From Hypanus sabinus (lineage: Eukaryota), in the NCBI RefSeq assembly GCF_030144855.1, contig NC_082718.1, positions 88,722,001-88,786,000 of the forward strand: a stretch of 64,000 nucleotides of DNA, given 5' to 3'. The notes under the pieces are model-generated. The model saw nothing but the letters and a program-made list of their open reading frames with translations, was not told the DNA's origin and did no database searches. Positions within the stretch are counted from its first letter, which is position 1. The number at the start of each line of letters is the position of its first letter. Positions 62,146 through 64,000 of the stretch are shown one piece after another. Position numbers and translations under genes: made by a program.

Positions 62146-63209
62146 GTAAAGATAACTGTTGTATAATGGAAACCTATGCTGCAATGTTCTTGGCTCCGAT
62201 TATTAGCCTGTAACAGTTGCAACTTTTAAGCCATGTATAACTTCCCCATTTCCCTTTGACTTCATGTTAGCTTCTTGAAGCTGACTTTGATGTTCTGCTG
62301 AGCTCAGCTGTGAAATTCAGTTCTTAGCTAGGTTTAGACCAAGGCTGCAATGAGTTCTGCAGTGAATGCTCCGGGAAGCTGCAAATAAGGCAGAGGTGAG
62401 CATCTGTGAAGAGTGAGTAAATGTACTTCCCTCACCTTGCTAATAATTGTGAGTATACTTATTAGGTGAATGGCTGAATTAGATTTGTCACCTTTTCATG
62501 AACAACTTCTATTTGTCTATGAGCAACTTGGACTGTGTGTTAGCATAGTTGTAAATGCAATGCTTACAGTGCCAGCTGTAGGATCAGAGTTCAATTGCCA
62601 CTACTGTATGTAAGGAGTTTGTACGTTCTCCCTAGATTGCATAGGTTTCCTCCCACATTCCAAAGACGCATGGTTAGGGTTCGTAAGTTGTAGAGATATT
62701 GGGTCAAAACTTGAATTGTGGCAACACTTGCAGGCTGCCCAGCATAATCCTCACTGATTTGATTTTATACAAACAACATGTTTCACTGAATGTTTTGACA
62801 TACATGTGACAAATAAAGCAGATCTAATCTGTTTTGACTGCCTGACTTAAGCATTTATAGCATTTTTTGTTTTGTTCCAGCAATGCGTTATTTTTGAATC
62901 CTAGTTGTAACTTGCACACTGCTTTTTGCTCATTTTACTTCTTGCTGTATTATTAATTTTGTAGATCCAGTGAAGAAAGTACTGTTTGTGAATCTCGCCT
63001 ACAAGATCTCTAGTCGAGGATATGCCTTTGAGCTCATCCATGATGTTTTTTTTTCCTTAATCAAGCCTAATAAATGGAATGATTATCAGCGGATAATTTT
63101 CTTTACGTAACAAGGAATTTACATAACATAGCCTCCAACCTGATGGCACAAACATTGATTTCTCTAACTTCCGTTAATGCCCCCCTCCCCTTCCTACCCC
63201 ATCCCTATA

Positions 63210-63989
63210 CAGTCGGCCCTCCTTATCCACGGGGGATTGGTTCCAAGACCTCTGCGAATACCAAAAATCGCAGATGCTCAAGTCCCTTATTTAACCTGAA
63301 TCAGTGCAGTTGCTTTAGGACCCAGCAGAACCCTGGACTTTATTTAACATGTTCAGAGCAGTGGACATTAGGACCTGGCATAGCTCTGAATCCGCGGTGT
63401 TTCTGTTCACGAAAATAATCACGATCACGTTTGAAAATAAGGTGGAAGTAATAAAGTGATCAGAAAGGGGTGAAACGTCATTGGAAAATCGTTAGGCTAC
63501 AGTCGGTCAATGATCGGAAAAATTTTAATGGAGCATTTGAAAGGCCGTGCCCCAATGAAAGCTACAATTATTACTAAGCAACGCAGTGGTTTAATTATTG
63601 AAAAACGTATATTTCTTAAGTGTTTTATATGCATAGAAAGGTAAAATATGTACTATATACTAAGAAAAATGTTTGACTAACTGACGCTAAATAATACCGG
63701 ATGTACCTGTTCCGACTTCAAATCCAACTTAAAGATGGACTCAGGAATGGAACTCATTCATAACTCAGGGACTGCCTGTACTTTTAAGTCATTTCTAGAT
63801 TACTTATAATACCTAATGCAATGTAAATGCTATATAAATAGTTGTTATACTGTATTGTTTAGGGAATAATGATGAGAGGAAAAATAGTCTGTACATGCTC
63901 AAACAACGAGTGCTGGAGAGAGAACTTTTCCTGATCCGTGGTTGGTTGAAACTGCACATGCGGAATCCGCAGATAAGGAGGGCTGACTG
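63210..63989 (+). mobile_element. Tigger-like non-autonomous DNA transposon
   Basis: TA-CAGTCGGCCCTCCTTATC...GATAAGGAGGGCTGACTG-TA; internal ENKVEVIK..ERGET HTH remnant. Confidence 0.9.
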
Positions 63990-64000
63990 TATTTTTTTCT

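Overview
Vertebrate nuclear DNA, most likely a cartilaginous fish (batoid/shark; inferred from HE1/V-SINE, CR1/HER1 and Penelope-derived repeat content). It carries the gene block CCDC157 (- strand, first coding exon only) <- CpG-rich bidirectional promoter -> SF3A1 (+ strand, complete, 16 coding exons, 2340 nt CDS, 779 aa, all introns GT-AG and phase-consistent) -> TBC1D10A (+ strand, exon 1 only). The rest is intron/intergenic DNA dense in transposons: two full-length but defective CsRn1-like Gypsy LTR retrotransposons (tRNA-Trp PBS, CHCC Gag, 4-bp TSDs) and a related solo LTR, L1, CR1, Rex1/Babar and RTE LINE fragments, Tc1, Tigger and hAT elements, and SINEs. Best observations: (1) an L1 target-site duplication has copied the SF3A1 exon 3 5' splice site 1.3 kb downstream; (2) the branch-point region of SF3A1 exon 10 appears to lie inside a Tc1 remnant; (3) a -1 frameshift cassette (GGGAAAC plus 12-bp stem/pseudoknot) at the gag-pol junction; (4) the same 5'-vs-3' LTR differences recur in two independent proviruses; (5) decayed minimal hammerhead ribozymes in Penelope-type repeats; (6) a multi-layer nested insertion with readable TSDs. 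I found no prokaryote-type system (CRISPR etc.) and no clearly new gene system. Family names come from motif recognition and memory, not database searches. Boundaries of old repeats are approximate.
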